From contig JAGIQG010000043.1 of the NCBI GenBank assembly GCA_024679065.1, forward strand, positions 806,001 to 870,000: DNA of 64,000 nt, in the 5' to 3' direction. Position numbers and translations under genes: made by a program. Shown in pieces: positions 11,575-23,249 of this stretch (its first letter is position 1; each line of letters begins with the position of its first letter). The notes below the pieces were generated by a model. The model saw only the letters and a list, made by a program, of their open reading frames with translations, was not told where the DNA came from and ran no database searches. The DNA comes from Sphyrna mokarran (Eukaryota).

Positions 11575-13310
11575 GAAAGTTAAAGTCAATTTATTAATCA
11601 CATGTCGGATTATATTCACACTGCAATGAAGTAATTGTGAAAATCCCCTACTTGCGACTCTGGCCTCAGTGAGAGACACGGAGGAAGAATTGAGCATGCC
11701 AATTCAACTGACCTGCATGTTTTTGGAGTACTGGGGGAAGCAGGGGCACCCGGAATAAACCCAGACACGGGGAAAATGTGCAAACTCCACAAAGATAATT
11801 AACCAATCCGGCATTCGAGCCCGAGACCTTGGCCTTTAAGGTGGTAATAATTGCTCCCGTGACCCCCGAGGCTTTCGTGGATTTGCGTAACAACAGGCAC
11901 GGAGGGACGAGGACAAACCATTGGTGGCCTGGAATCTGAGATGATTTAAGCTCTTCCCAGAAGAGTGACAACGTTACCTGTAAACATTATGAAAAGGTTC
12001 CATTGCTCACTTTTCCTTTCTTGAGGGAGATATTTACTCAGCTTTCTGGGGGCGGAGGTTGGTAAATAAACGCACGACAAGTAGCATTTACAACAAAGGC
12101 ACATTAAACAATCAGGCTTTAAAAGGTGCTTCTGAAACATCAGCCCTCAACAGAACAACTGTTTCAATAACATTAAATCTCAAAGAGAATCAAGAGTCTA
12201 ATCCCGATCAAAGTGGCAGTTATTGCAGTGGGTCAATATGTATCATTCTAACAGACAAAATTCTTTGAACTGTTAATGCTACAAATGTTTCTCTTATTGG
12301 ATTCCCTCATTGGAAGCATGCCCTATTTCTGAAGGAAATTCAGCGAAACATGTGAGAATTCTCTGCAAAACGTCTCAGGAAAAATGTCAAACAATGTTCA
12401 TACAATGACAGGGAAGACATGCTACCACAAAAAGATGCATTTAGGATCTTGAGAAAGTTAAAGTTTATCTATTTATCACAAGTCAGCTTACATTCACACT
12501 AAACTGAGTATGAGGAACCCCTATTTCGCACACTCTGGCCTCTGGCTCCTGTCGAGGGACACTGAGTGAGAATTTGACAAGGCCAATTCACCTAACCTGC
12601 ACATCTTTGGAGTGTTAGGGGAAACCGGAACACCTGCAGTAAACGCACTCACGGGGAAAATGTGCAAACTCCACAGCGACAGTCACGCAAGCCCTGGTAT
12701 TTAAGGTGGCAATGCCAATCACTGAGCCACCGTGAACCCTGAGGCCTTGTTGGGTTTTCTTAACAGGAACATTACCGTGGAGGGAACAGGACAGATCATT
12801 GGTGATCTGGAGACTGAGAACTGGACAAAAGATTATGAAATGGATCGATTCCTCAGAAAGGGATTTCTTGACGGAGATATTCACTCAACTTTCTGGGAGT
12901 CAAAGGGTGTGTGTGGGTGGGGAGGTGGGTGAATAAATGAAAGAGAAGTAGCTTTTAAAACCAAGGCACATTGAAAATAACATATGTTTTCAAAGAAGTG
13001 CCTGTGGAATATCAGGCCTCAGAAATCAGCTGTTTTAATAATTTCAAATCCCACTGATGATAATGAATAGAATCCCGATCAACGCGGCAGTGTTTGCAAA
13101 TGGTCATCCTAACAGACAAAACTCACAGAACTGTTAATGAGACAGATGTTTCTGCTTATCGGATTCTCTCATTGGAAGCACGGCCTATTTCTGAAGTAAA
13201 TTCAGTGAAACATGTGCAAATGATCTGTAAAACCCCTCAGGAAAACATGTCAAACAATCTTCAGTATTATATGGGGAATGCATGTTGCCACAAAACGCAA
13301 CATACATTTA
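11575..13310. repeat. Old tandem duplication of a ~870-bp unit (minus-strand HE1 SINE + unique sequence)
   Basis: 11575-12445 vs 12455-13310 share collinear blocks (aaggcacatt, aatcccgatcaa, ctaacagacaaaa, gaactgttaatg, ctcattggaagca, cctatttctgaag, ctcaggaaaa). Confidence 0.8.
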
Positions 13311-13630
13311 TTGGGCATGGGCGTCGCTCACTGTCCAGAACTTATTACACATTACTGGTTGCCCGAGGGCAGTAGAGTGTCATAAAAACGAATTGAAAGT
13401 CAACTACGTTGACAAGAGTCTGAAGTCACATGTAAGCCAGACCAGATAAGGATGATAGATTTCCCTTGCTGAATGATATTGCGAACTGGATGTGTTTGTT
13501 TTTCCCGGACGATGGATTCATGGTCATCAGTGGATTCTGAATCCAGGTATTTTAATTGAATTCAGGTTCTGCCAGCTGCCTTGGAGGGATTCGAACCAGA
13601 GTCCCCACAACAATAGATGAGTGATTAGAT

Positions 13631-13955
13631 CACGGCAGCGCAGTGGCTAGCACTGCTGCCTCACAGCTCCCGGGACATGGGTTCGATTCCAGGCTTGAAT
13701 CACTGTCTGTGTGGAGTTTGCATATTCTCCCCATGTTTGCATGGGTTTCCTCCAGATATTCTGGTTTCCTCCAGTAGTCCAAACATATGCGGGTATGATT
13801 GACTGACCATGCTAATTTGCCCCTTGGCGTCCCGGGATACATTGGTTTGAGGGATTAGCAGTGTACAGAACGTGAGGGCCTGGGTGGGATTGTTTCGGTG
13901 CAGAGTCGATGGGTCGAATGACCTCCTTCTGCACTATAGGGATTCTATTCTATTC
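13631..13955 (+). mobile_element. Full-length HE1 SINE (V-SINE)
   Basis: cggcagcgcagtggctagcactgctgcctcacagc..gggttcgattcc (A/B boxes), V core, CR1-derived tail gggattctattctattct. Confidence 0.9.
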
Positions 13956-14699
13956 TAATAGTCTAACGATAAAGCCACCAGGTTTTTCCTCACACTCTAT
14001 AGTGTAAATACATTTGTAGAATGAAATATTCATAGAATAGGTTGTAACATCACCGGGAACTGAGCGCTTGAGCTGTTCTGCAAAAATGAATGTCGTAGAG
14101 TGAAAATGAATAGCCAGTCGAATCTGCAACAGAGGGCTCAACGTGACAGTAAAGACGCACCCAATGGTTTTCTTGTTTTCATAGTTGAGACGCTGCACGC
14201 ACAAAGATGCCTGCCGAGGTCAAACCTTGCCGCTAAGCTTGAAACCGCAAGCTATAATTATCTGCCGCACTGTTGTCATACACTGAACAAGACCAGACTA
14301 TTGACTTCATAATTGTGACTGCAGGTCCATGCGTTTGTTTAACGCCAAGTTTGGAAGAAAAGTTGCAGCTACCCAGCTTTAATCGCAAACGATGCATTCC
14401 ATAAATCAGCAGCAGTGTACAGTCTCTACATAGAGGGAACATTGAAACACTGGATTGTCACTGTGCATTTCAAATGTATCCACCCACAGCCCATCCAATA
14501 TTTTCCAGTTTCCGAGCGCGGAAGCTGTGTCACCAACTAGTTTGAGGATATGGGATAAATCTGTTCGGACTGAACTGAGATGAAATTTCTTCAGCCAGAG
14601 AGTGTTGATTGTGTGGAATCCACTACCACAGGAAGTAATTGAACCCATCATGCTATGTGATATTTAAAGTAAACCTGGGCTATTCTGTATAGCTGTGGT

Positions 14700-15930
14700 G
14701 TTCTTATCTCAGGAAGGATGTCCTTGCTATAGAGGGACCACAGCGAAGGTTTATTGGGCTGATTCTCGGGAAGAAAGGCTTGCCGTATGAGGAGACACTT
14801 AGCTGGTTAGGATTGTATTATTTGGAGTTTAGAAGAGAGAGGGAATCTCGTATAAAATTCTAACAGGATTAGACGGGATCGATGCAGAAAGAATGTTCCC
14901 AATGATGGGAGTAGTCCGGAACTCGGGGTCATAATCTGAAGATAAGGGATAAAACTTCTTAGGGCTGAGGCGTGGAGAAATTTCTTCATCCAGAGGATGG
15001 TGAATATGTGGAATTCATTCCCACTGAAAGTAATTGTGGCCAAAATTTTGTGTGATTTCAAGAAGAATTTAAATATAGCTCTTGGGACGAAAGAGATCGG
15101 GGGATATGGGGAGACGGGGGAGGGGGCGGAAACAAAGTATTGAATTTAATGATCAGACATGATTAAAATTATTGGCAGAACAGTTTAAAAGGGCCAGCTG
15201 GCCTCTTCCTACTAATGTTATCTATGTTTCCATGGTAATAATTGTTAAAAAAAACACATTCGTTTCCGAATGTCTCATAGGGTGTATCATTACATTCAAT
15301 CTATTTTCCGGTCATTCACTTTGCAAACCCCATACCTTAATCGCCCAGGACAAAGGCAGCAGACTCATGGGGACACCATCGCCATCTCACTCTCCTCCCA
15401 GTAAAAGACAATCTATTAGAAATCTATTGCTATTCCTTCACGACGGTGAGTCAAAATGTTGGATCTCATGTCTTATTTAGTGTTATTGGTTAGCAAATAA
15501 ACTGCGCCAGAGAAACTGCAGAAGTTGTTTTATTTGGAGCGGAGGACGCTGAGGAGAGATCTGAAAGAAGCCTATAAGTTTGTGATAATCCTCGACAGGG
15601 TTGACAGTCAAAATATATATTTTTTTTCCCAGGGATGAACTGTCAAATATCAAGGGGCATGCATTTAAGGTGATAGGGAGAAGTTCAAAGATGTGAGGGA
15701 TGAATGTTTTGCAAAGAGAGCGGTAGGTGTTTGGACCGTCCTTCCGGGGATGGTGGTGGAGGCCGATAAGATATGGATGTATAGTTTTTTTTTAGTTAAG
15801 ACCTGCATATGCAAGAGTAGAGGGATATGGCCCACAGCAGGCGGAAGGGATTAGTTTCTTTAGGTGTCGTTTTCGGCAATATATGAAGGACCGTAAGGCC
15901 TGTTTCAATGCTATATTGTTCAATGTTCTA
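14700..15930 (+). mobile_element. Two decayed CR1 3' fragments (~14700-15225, ~15520-15930)
   Basis: Degenerate ORF2 C-terminal motifs (FFxQRVV, W-N-x-L-P) and gttctatg-type tail. Confidence 0.7.
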
Positions 15931-16294
15931 TGAAGGCAACTCACCAACACTGACCAACCACCCTATTGGAATAATTAATATATGTGGCTCCAACCAAATG
16001 ACCAGAATTAGGCCATTCGATCTATTGAGTATGCTTTGCAATCCGTGGCTGATATGTTTCTCAGCCCCATTCTCCCATCTTTACACTATAACCTTTTAGC
16101 ACGTTACCTATCAAAAATCTATCTATTTCTGTCCGAAATACACTCAATGGCTTTGCCTCCACAGCCTTCTGTGGGAACGAATTCCACAGATTTATCACTC
16201 TCTAGCTGAAGAAATTCTCTCTCATCTCGGTTCTAAAGGATCAACACTTTACTCTAAGTCTGTGTCCCAGGGGCCTAGTACTTCCTATTAATGG

Positions 16295-16680
16295 ACGGTG
16301 GCACATTAGTTAGTACTGCTACCTCACAGCACCGTGAACTCGAGTTCTATTCTGGCCTTTGGTGACTGGGTGGATTTTGCACATTCTCGCTGGGTATGGA
16401 AGGGATTCCTCCGGGTGCTGCGGTTTCCTCCAAGCTCCAAAGATGTATGTGTTACTTCGGTTGTCCATACTAACTTGATGTGGAAATGCCGGCGTTGGAC
16501 TGAAGTAAAACAGAAATAAATCCCACAATTTGGACCTTAAACTGTTATTGTGGGATTTTCCCAGGGGGCTTCAGTGTAAGGTGGCAATGTAGGGATATGG
16601 CTTGGGTGGGATTGTTGTCAGTGCAAGTTCAATGAGCTGAATGGACCCCCTGCAGCACCATAGGGATTCTATTCTATTCT
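16295..16680 (+). mobile_element. HE1 SINE with inserted short Penelope-derived hairpin (~16478-16558)
   Basis: SINE head/core/tail; insert gatgtggaaatgccggcgttgga resembles 62918-62940 and has the aaatcccacaat/attgtgggattt inverted repeat. Confidence 0.7.
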
Positions 16681-17123
16681 GTTCAATTCTGAACATCTTC
16701 CCCAGGCTTTTCACTATACTGTACGTTTCAATGAGATCCTTGTGTCATCCTTCTGAACTGAGTCCCGTAACTCACACCCTGAGAATAAATTAAACTTTTA
16801 CTTACATATTCAGCACATATCCGCACATTGATTAAATTGTGATCCCCTCGGAAAGACACGCCGATCAAACACTGTATGGATATTCTATGTCTTGACCCCT
16901 GTGACACGTATGCGGCGACCACAGTGTGTCAGATGCATGTGGCATTGAGCAGGTCACTTCCCCCAATATTGTGTCACACTTTCCATTGCGGCCCTTGTCA
17001 TATTTTCCATCGTATCTTAAAGTGCATCAATCAACTGGGACTGAACCCAGGTCTGTCGGCGAATGCTCACTGAAAGCAAACTGTTACGAGTGGAAGCTGG
17101 GTGATAGTGCTCACCTCCGCAAA

Positions 17124-17178
17124 ATGCCCCAGCGACCTTTATCCCTGATAATTATTCTCCAACTGCTGTGGGCTTATG
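17124..17178 (+). CDS. VJ-C1 IgSF receptor gene A, exon 1 (signal peptide MPQRPLSLIIILQLLWAY)
   Basis: aaaATG start, hydrophobic core, phase-1 donor G|gtgagt matching the phase-1 V exon. Confidence 0.85.
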
Positions 17179-17239
17179 GTGAGTGTGTGTCAGGTTAGAT
17201 ATTTAAATTGGCATCAGCCAAATATTGTTTTTAATCATG

Positions 17240-17500
17240 AGTGTCACCTGTGGGTTGACATTCACATTGCAATGAAGTTGTTGTGAAAATGTCCTGGTCG
17301 CCACACTCCGGCGCCTGTTAGGGGTGAAGGGGAGATAATTTATCATGGCGAATCCACCGAACCAGCACAGCTTTGGGACTGTGGGACCCTGAGCAAACTC
17401 ACGCAGACAGGGCGAGAATGTGCACCGAAAATTATCCAAGCCAGGGATTGAAGCCCGGTGCCCAGTGCTGAAGGCATTGGTGCCAACCACCATGCTCCCC
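17240..17500 (-). mobile_element. HE1 SINE in intron 1
   Basis: Reverse complement of SINE head, core and the aacttcattgcaatgtgaatgt-type tail. Confidence 0.8.
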
Positions 17501-17565
17501 TGCTACAACAATGCAAATGTGAGCCAATGATTGGGGGAAGGAATTTGTTTCTTTTCTTTTTCCTA

Positions 17566-19274
17566 CTGAAGAGATTGGAGAGGTACTGAATAAATATTTC
17601 TCTTCGGTATTCACGCAGGGTGATGTAAATGTAGTTATGGAGAACACTGAGGTACAGGGTAGCAAACTGGAAGGTATCGAAGTAGATAGGGAGGATGTGC
17701 TAGATATTCTCGAGGGTTTGAAGTTGGATAAGTCCCCTGGGCCGGACGGGATTTACCCTAGGATTCTCTGGGAGGCAAGAGAGGAGATTGCAGAGCCTCT
17801 GGCTCTGATCTTCAGGTCGTCGTTGGTTACGGGTGTGGTTCCGGAGGACTGGAGGATAGCGAATGTGGTCCCATTGTTCAAGAAGGGGAAGAGAGACCTT
17901 CCAGGGAATTATAGGCCAGTGAGTCTTACTTCTGTTGTGGGCAAAGTATTGGAGAGAATTATTAGGGATAGGATTTATAGTTATTTAGAGAGAAATGAAT
18001 TGATTGGGGAGAGTCAGCATGGTTTTGTGAAGGGTAGGTCGTGCCTTACTAACCTCATTGAGTTTTTTGAAAAAGTGACTAAAGAAGTGGATAGGGGTAA
18101 GGCGGTTGATGTGGTATATATGGACTTTAGTAAGGCGTTTGATAAGGTGGCCCATGGAAGACTTCATTCAGAAAATGCAGATGTATGGGATAGAGGGTGA
18201 TTTAGCTAAATGGGTTAGGAATTGGCTAGCAGATAGAAGACAGAGGGAGGTGGTTGATGGGAGATATTCATCGTGGAGTTCAGTGACAAGTCGTGTACCT
18301 CAGGGGTCTGTTTTGGGGCCCCTGCTGTTTGTAATTTTTATAAACGATGAGGGTATTGAAGGATGGATTAGTAAATTTACAGATGACACTAAAGTCGGTG
18401 GAGTGGTAGATAGTGAAGAGGGGTGTTATAGTTTGCAGAGGGACTTGGACAAGTTGCAGAGCTGGGCCGAGAGGTGGCAAATGGAGTTTAATGTGGAAAA
18501 GTGTGAGGTAATGCACTATGGCAGAAATAATAAATGTGTAGAGTATAGGGCTAATGGTAGGATTCTTAGTAGTCTAATGAACAGAGGGATCTTGGTGTGT
18601 ATGTGCATAGATCCCTGAAAGTAGGCAGTCAAGTCGATAAGGTTGTTAAGAAGGCATATGGAGTCTTGGCTTTTATTGGTAGGGGGATTGAATTTCGGAG
18701 CCGCAACGTCATGTTGCAACTGTACAAAACTCTAGTGCGGCCGCACTTGGAGTATTGTGTGCAGTTCTGGTCCCCACATTATAAGAAAGATGTGGAGGCA
18801 TTGGAGAGGTACAGAGGAGGTTTACCAGGATGTTGCCTGGTATGGAGGGCAGGTCTTATGAAGAGAGGCTGAGGGATTTGAGGTTGTTTTCGTTAGAAAG
18901 GAGGCGGCTAAGAGGGGACCTAATCGAAACATATAAGATGATTAGAGGTTTAGATAGGGTGGACAGTGATAGCCTTTTTCCTAGGATGGAGAAAGCTAGC
19001 ACGAGGGGACACAGCTTTAAATTAAGGGGTGATAGTTATAGGACGGATATCAGAGGTATGTTCTTTACCCAAAGGGTGGTTCGGGAGTGGAATGCCCTGC
19101 CTGCAGCAGTTGTAGATGTGCCAAGTTTGGTGGCGTTTAAGAGGTTAGTTGATAAGTATATGGAAGAGAAGGGAATGGTTTAGTTTGGAGGGCATTGTTT
19201 TTTATATTGGTCGGCGCAACATCGAAGGCCGAAGGGCCTGTTCTGTGCTGTAATGTTCTATGTTCTATGTTCTA
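17566..19274 (+). mobile_element. 5'-truncated young CR1/HER1-like LINE (RT, frameshifted) in intron 1
   Basis: KSPGPDG, NYRPVSLTSVVGK, QHGFVKGRSCLTNL, YMDFSKAFDKV, VPQGSVLGP, FTDDTK; tail (GTTCTAT)n. Confidence 0.97.
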
Positions 19275-19431
19275 CTTTCAAGAGAAGAAACACAAATTGG
19301 GGTATATACATCTAAGCAAGAATACTTGAAGATTGTTCTTAATTTACAGGCGATGTATTTATTTTTTTCAGACAGCTGCTTTCTATGTCGAAATAATCTG
19401 TGGTAATGTGTCAATAATCTCTCGATTACAG

Positions 19432-19758
19432 ATTCCGAGCTCTCTCTACCTCAGAGGCCCTTCACAGTGACAGCTAAAGTCGGCCAGACGGTCAATTTAA
19501 CCTGCCGCCTCGGAGATGAGGTGGAATTGGGGTCTAGCTACTTTTGGTATAAACAACGCGTTGGTGAAATCCCGAAAGTAATCGATAGCCCACCCTGTGA
19601 TGGGGGCGATTGTAAGTTTATTTCCAAAAAAGGCAACGGCAAACATGAATTGATACTGGAAATTCGCAATGTCCAGGTTAGTGACTCGGGTTTCTACTAC
19701 TTTGCTGATAAGGTTGGCTATGCACCGCTCCAGAATGGACCCACACTACTGGTTGGAG
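19432..19758 (+). CDS. Gene A exon 2: Ig V-set domain with germline-joined J-like G strand
   Basis: ttacag| acceptor, G|gtaaga donor, 327 nt, phase 1-1; LPQRP..GQTVNLTC..WYKQ..LEIRNVQVSDSGFYYF..LQNGPTLLVG. Confidence 0.93.
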
Positions 19759-19848
19759 GTAAGAGAGCAAGTGAAATGAATTCAGATTATGCACAGCAAA
19801 ACCATTTGGTGTAAATTAATCCTTAACTGTGCCCCGATTTCTGTCCAG

Positions 19849-20178
19849 ACAGTTCTACCGACGGGACAGCGCTGGTGGTATTTGTCCCGCCAGCTGAGCT
19901 AGATGTGAATGACACCGTGCCCTTAGTGTGTTTGGTCCGTGGAGTTTCTTCCAACCAGATTGCTGTTTTCTGGAATATTTCCGGTCTGATCACTGAAGGA
20001 TCGAGTGATCCCGGGACAATTGAGGAGGACGGGACTTACAGCATCAGAAGTCATGTCATGGTGTCAGGGGTAAGCTGGAGAAGCGGCACTGTCTGCACTT
20101 GTATTGTTCAAATGGGGACTCCAGGGAAATATTGGACGAAGAGTGTGTCGAATCCAAAAGGAACTGAAAAACAGAAAG
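19849..20178 (+). CDS. Gene A exon 3: Ig C1-set domain
   Basis: gtccag| acceptor, G|gtgaga donor, 330 nt, phase 1-1; VFVPP..VPLVCLVRG..IAVFW..EEDGTYSIRSHVMV..SWRSGTVCTCIV. Confidence 0.93.
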
Positions 20179-20269
20179 GTGAGATGTTACTCTGTATGTT
20201 GGAAGTTTATATTCAACTTTACAGGCATTTAGATTAAGTCATTAACAGATTGATCCTAGGCGTCTGAGG

Positions 20270-20270
<1 letters not shown>

Positions 20271-20322
<52 letters not shown>
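20271..20322. repeat. (TG)n microsatellite
   Basis: About 26 perfect TG units. Confidence 0.95.
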
Positions 20323-20324
<2 letters not shown>

Positions 20325-20649
20325 GAAGAATACCTCCGAGCATATATGCGTTTGATATCATTTTATTTATTATTGTCACACATATTAGTATAGAGTGAAA
20401 GTATTGTTACTTGCGCATTACCAACCGAGAAAGTATACTATTCGTAGAATACAGGGAGAAGGACTGGAGAGAACGCAGATGCAGGGTTGAAGAGATGTAA
20501 AGAAAGATTCCTTAATATGAGGATGGTCATTTCAAAGCCAATGACAAAAGGGAAGAAGCTATCGTCAGTCAGTTGATACATTATCTCATACTTGATAAAT
20601 GCGGGTTTGTTTAGATAATAATCGATTCTAGTATAGGGCGTATTGTTTA

Positions 20650-21630
20650 AATAGTTATGTGCGTGAGAATGTATGAATAAATATATTCCCGACCTCGTGT
20701 GCAGATGTAGATAGATATCTGAGGGTTCATGCGTCGATGTGCATGCAGAAGTAAATATGTGAGCTTGTTTGTGTCTATGTATGTGTACAGGTAAATATCT
20801 GAGTGTGTGTTCACATGTGTGCATATAGATAAATTTCTGAGTATGTGTTTACACATGTGTATATACAGATGTGTTTACACATTGTACACTTGAGCGCATG
20901 TGTGTCTATGTGCATAGGTAAATATCAGAGCGTATGTGTGTGCATATGCCTGTGTACAGATAAGCATCTGAGCACATGTGTTCTATATGTACACATAGGT
21001 AATTACCTGAGCACGTGTATGTTTATGTGTGTGTGTGCATAGATAGATACCTGAGTGCCTATGCGTCTTTATGCATGTACAGGTAAATGTATGAGCTCGT
21101 GTGTATCTATGTGCGAGTTCAGATATATAGCTGAACATATGTGTGAACATGTGTGTATCGATACATATCTGAGTGTGTGTTTCTGTGAATGTGTAGGTAA
21201 ATATATGTGCGTGTATGTGCCTGTGTGCGTGTANNNNNNNNNNNNNNNNNNNNNNNNNNNNNNNNNNNNNNNNNNNNNNNNNNNNNNNNNNNNNNNNNNN
21301 NNNNNNNNNNNNNNNNNNNNNNNNNNNNNNNNNNNNNNNNNNNNNNNNNNNNNNNNNNNNNNNNNNCGAGCATATATGCGTTTGATATCATTGTGTGTCC
21401 ATGTGCACATATAAATACCCGAGTCTGTGTATGTGTGTGTATAGAAAAAATATCTGAACGTATGTGAACGTGCATGTATGCATAAATATCTGAGCGTGTG
21501 TGTATGGCTAAATATTTGAACACTTGTGTGGTTATGTGTGTGTAAAAATACATGTCTGAGTGTGTGTGTATCAATTTATGTCTGTTCGTGTGTGTGTATA
21601 GAATTTTATTTGAGCGTATGTGCGCATTCA
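20650..21630. repeat. Degenerate TG-rich minisatellite with assembly gap (N 21234-21366)
   Basis: Recurring tgtacaggtaaatatctgagtgtgtgt-like units. Confidence 0.85.
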
Positions 21631-21919
21631 ATTGTTAAAATATTTCATTCTCCATTCGAATTGTATCTGCCTCAGAATAGGTTTATGTTTGACACATTCA
21701 TTTCCTTTCGCTTCGTATTTCTGAAAACGTGTACAAGTATTTGAAATATACACCCAGGAAGATCTCATTCAACCCATTATGCTAGACTGTCTCTTCGAAA
21801 GAGCTGTCTTATTAGGCACGCCATTTCCCCTCTGAACCTTTCAAGTTCAGAAGTCCAGAAGTGATTTCCCCCTGAAGATTACTATTTGCCTCCATCTCCC
21901 TTTCCGGGTAGTGAATCTT

Positions 21920-23010
21920 GGAATGGCCTCTCTACGGAAAGCAGCAGCAGCCAAACTTGTTGCACCACAATTGGTTTTGCTGCAGAGGAGAGGGATAACG
22001 AAGAGTGGCAGTGCCATATTTATAGGGGATTAAATTCTAAAGGGAATAGACAAGCATTTATGTGGCCGCAAACGAGACTCAGGTTGTATGTTGCCTCCCT
22101 AGTGCTTGGGTCAAGAATGTCTTGGCGAGGCTGCAGGTTTTTTGAAGGGAGAGGACGAACTGCCAGTGCTCATAGTAAATGTTGATGCAAGCGACATAAA
22201 TAAAAAAAGGGATGAGGTTCAAAAAACAGAATACCGGGAGCTCGAAAGAAAGTTAAAAAATCGAACCTCAGAGGTCAGGATTACTACCAGTGCCCCGTGC
22301 TAGCCAGACTAGAAATGAGAGGACATACTGGATAAATAATTGGCTGATGGTGTCGGGGGATAGTTTCAGATTACTGGAGAATTGCGACCAGTTCTTAGGG
22401 AGGTGGAACCTGCGTAAATTGGACGGCTGACACCTGGACAGGACTGGAACTGATGCCCGAGGGGGAGTGTTTGATAGAGCGGTTGGGGAGGGGTTAACCT
22501 AATATGCTGGGGGGATGGGAACTTTTGTAAAGAGTCCAAGAAGTCGGGAGCAAGACAAAAGAAGGGGAGTAAGTTCCAACTACATCAAAAATCAAGAGAA
22601 AAGTTTAAAAAGGAAGGAGAACTCAGGAAATCTTATCAATGGAAGGGTTGCAATAAAAAAAAACTTACAAAAACTAGTATAAGGGCAGTTTATTTGAATG
22701 TTCGTAGCATTTGAAACAAGGTTATTGACTTAACAGATAAATTATTGCAAACAAGTAGCATTTGGTGGTAATTACAGAGACATGATTGCGGAATGGTCAC
22801 GACTGGAAGCTGAATATCCCAGGGTATCAAACTGTTCAGAGCGATCGACAGAAAGTTCAGGGAGGTGGTGTAGCTCTGAAATTTAAGGATGACGTTAGGC
22901 TGATAGTGAGGGATGATGTAGGTGCAAATGGGGAAAAAACGTTTGCATCCATTGGGGTGGACATTAGAAATAGGAAAGAGAAAAAAGTCATTGATGGGCG
23001 TTGTCATATC
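21920..23010 (+). mobile_element. Decayed CR1 fragment spanning ORF1 end and ORF2 endonuclease start
   Basis: YLNVRSI, ITET, LNIPGYQ, DRQ..GGGVAL APE-type motifs; upstream DG-x-HL (SGNH-like ORF1) remnant. Confidence 0.75.
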
Positions 23011-23249
23011 AAATAATGAGATCATGGAGGCGCGAGAAATGAACAGAGCACCCGGAGGAAACACAAGTAGAGGGGTAGAATGGATGTGAAGTGTAGCATT
23101 TGGAATTGAATTGGAGGCCCAATTACTCGAGGCTGTCCAAAGTGAATTGGAGAATTTAATAAATTGGGTAAAAAAGAAACAAGTTCGATGGGAATGGTAG
23201 AAGAATGTGGCTGAGTCGTTCTTGCAGAAACGTACAGTTATCAAAGAGT

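Noticed and set aside
13631-13700. tRNA gene
   Set aside because: tRNA-derived SINE head continuing into the V core and LINE tail
19432-20178. Rearranging Ig light chain or TCR locus
   Set aside because: No RSS flanks the V exon, there are no separate J segments, the V-C intron is only 90 nt, and the gene has an uncharged TM with a long tyrosine-bearing tail
20438-21744. C/V/H/T-rich ORFs
   Set aside because: Translations of TG/CA satellite, some spanning the N gap
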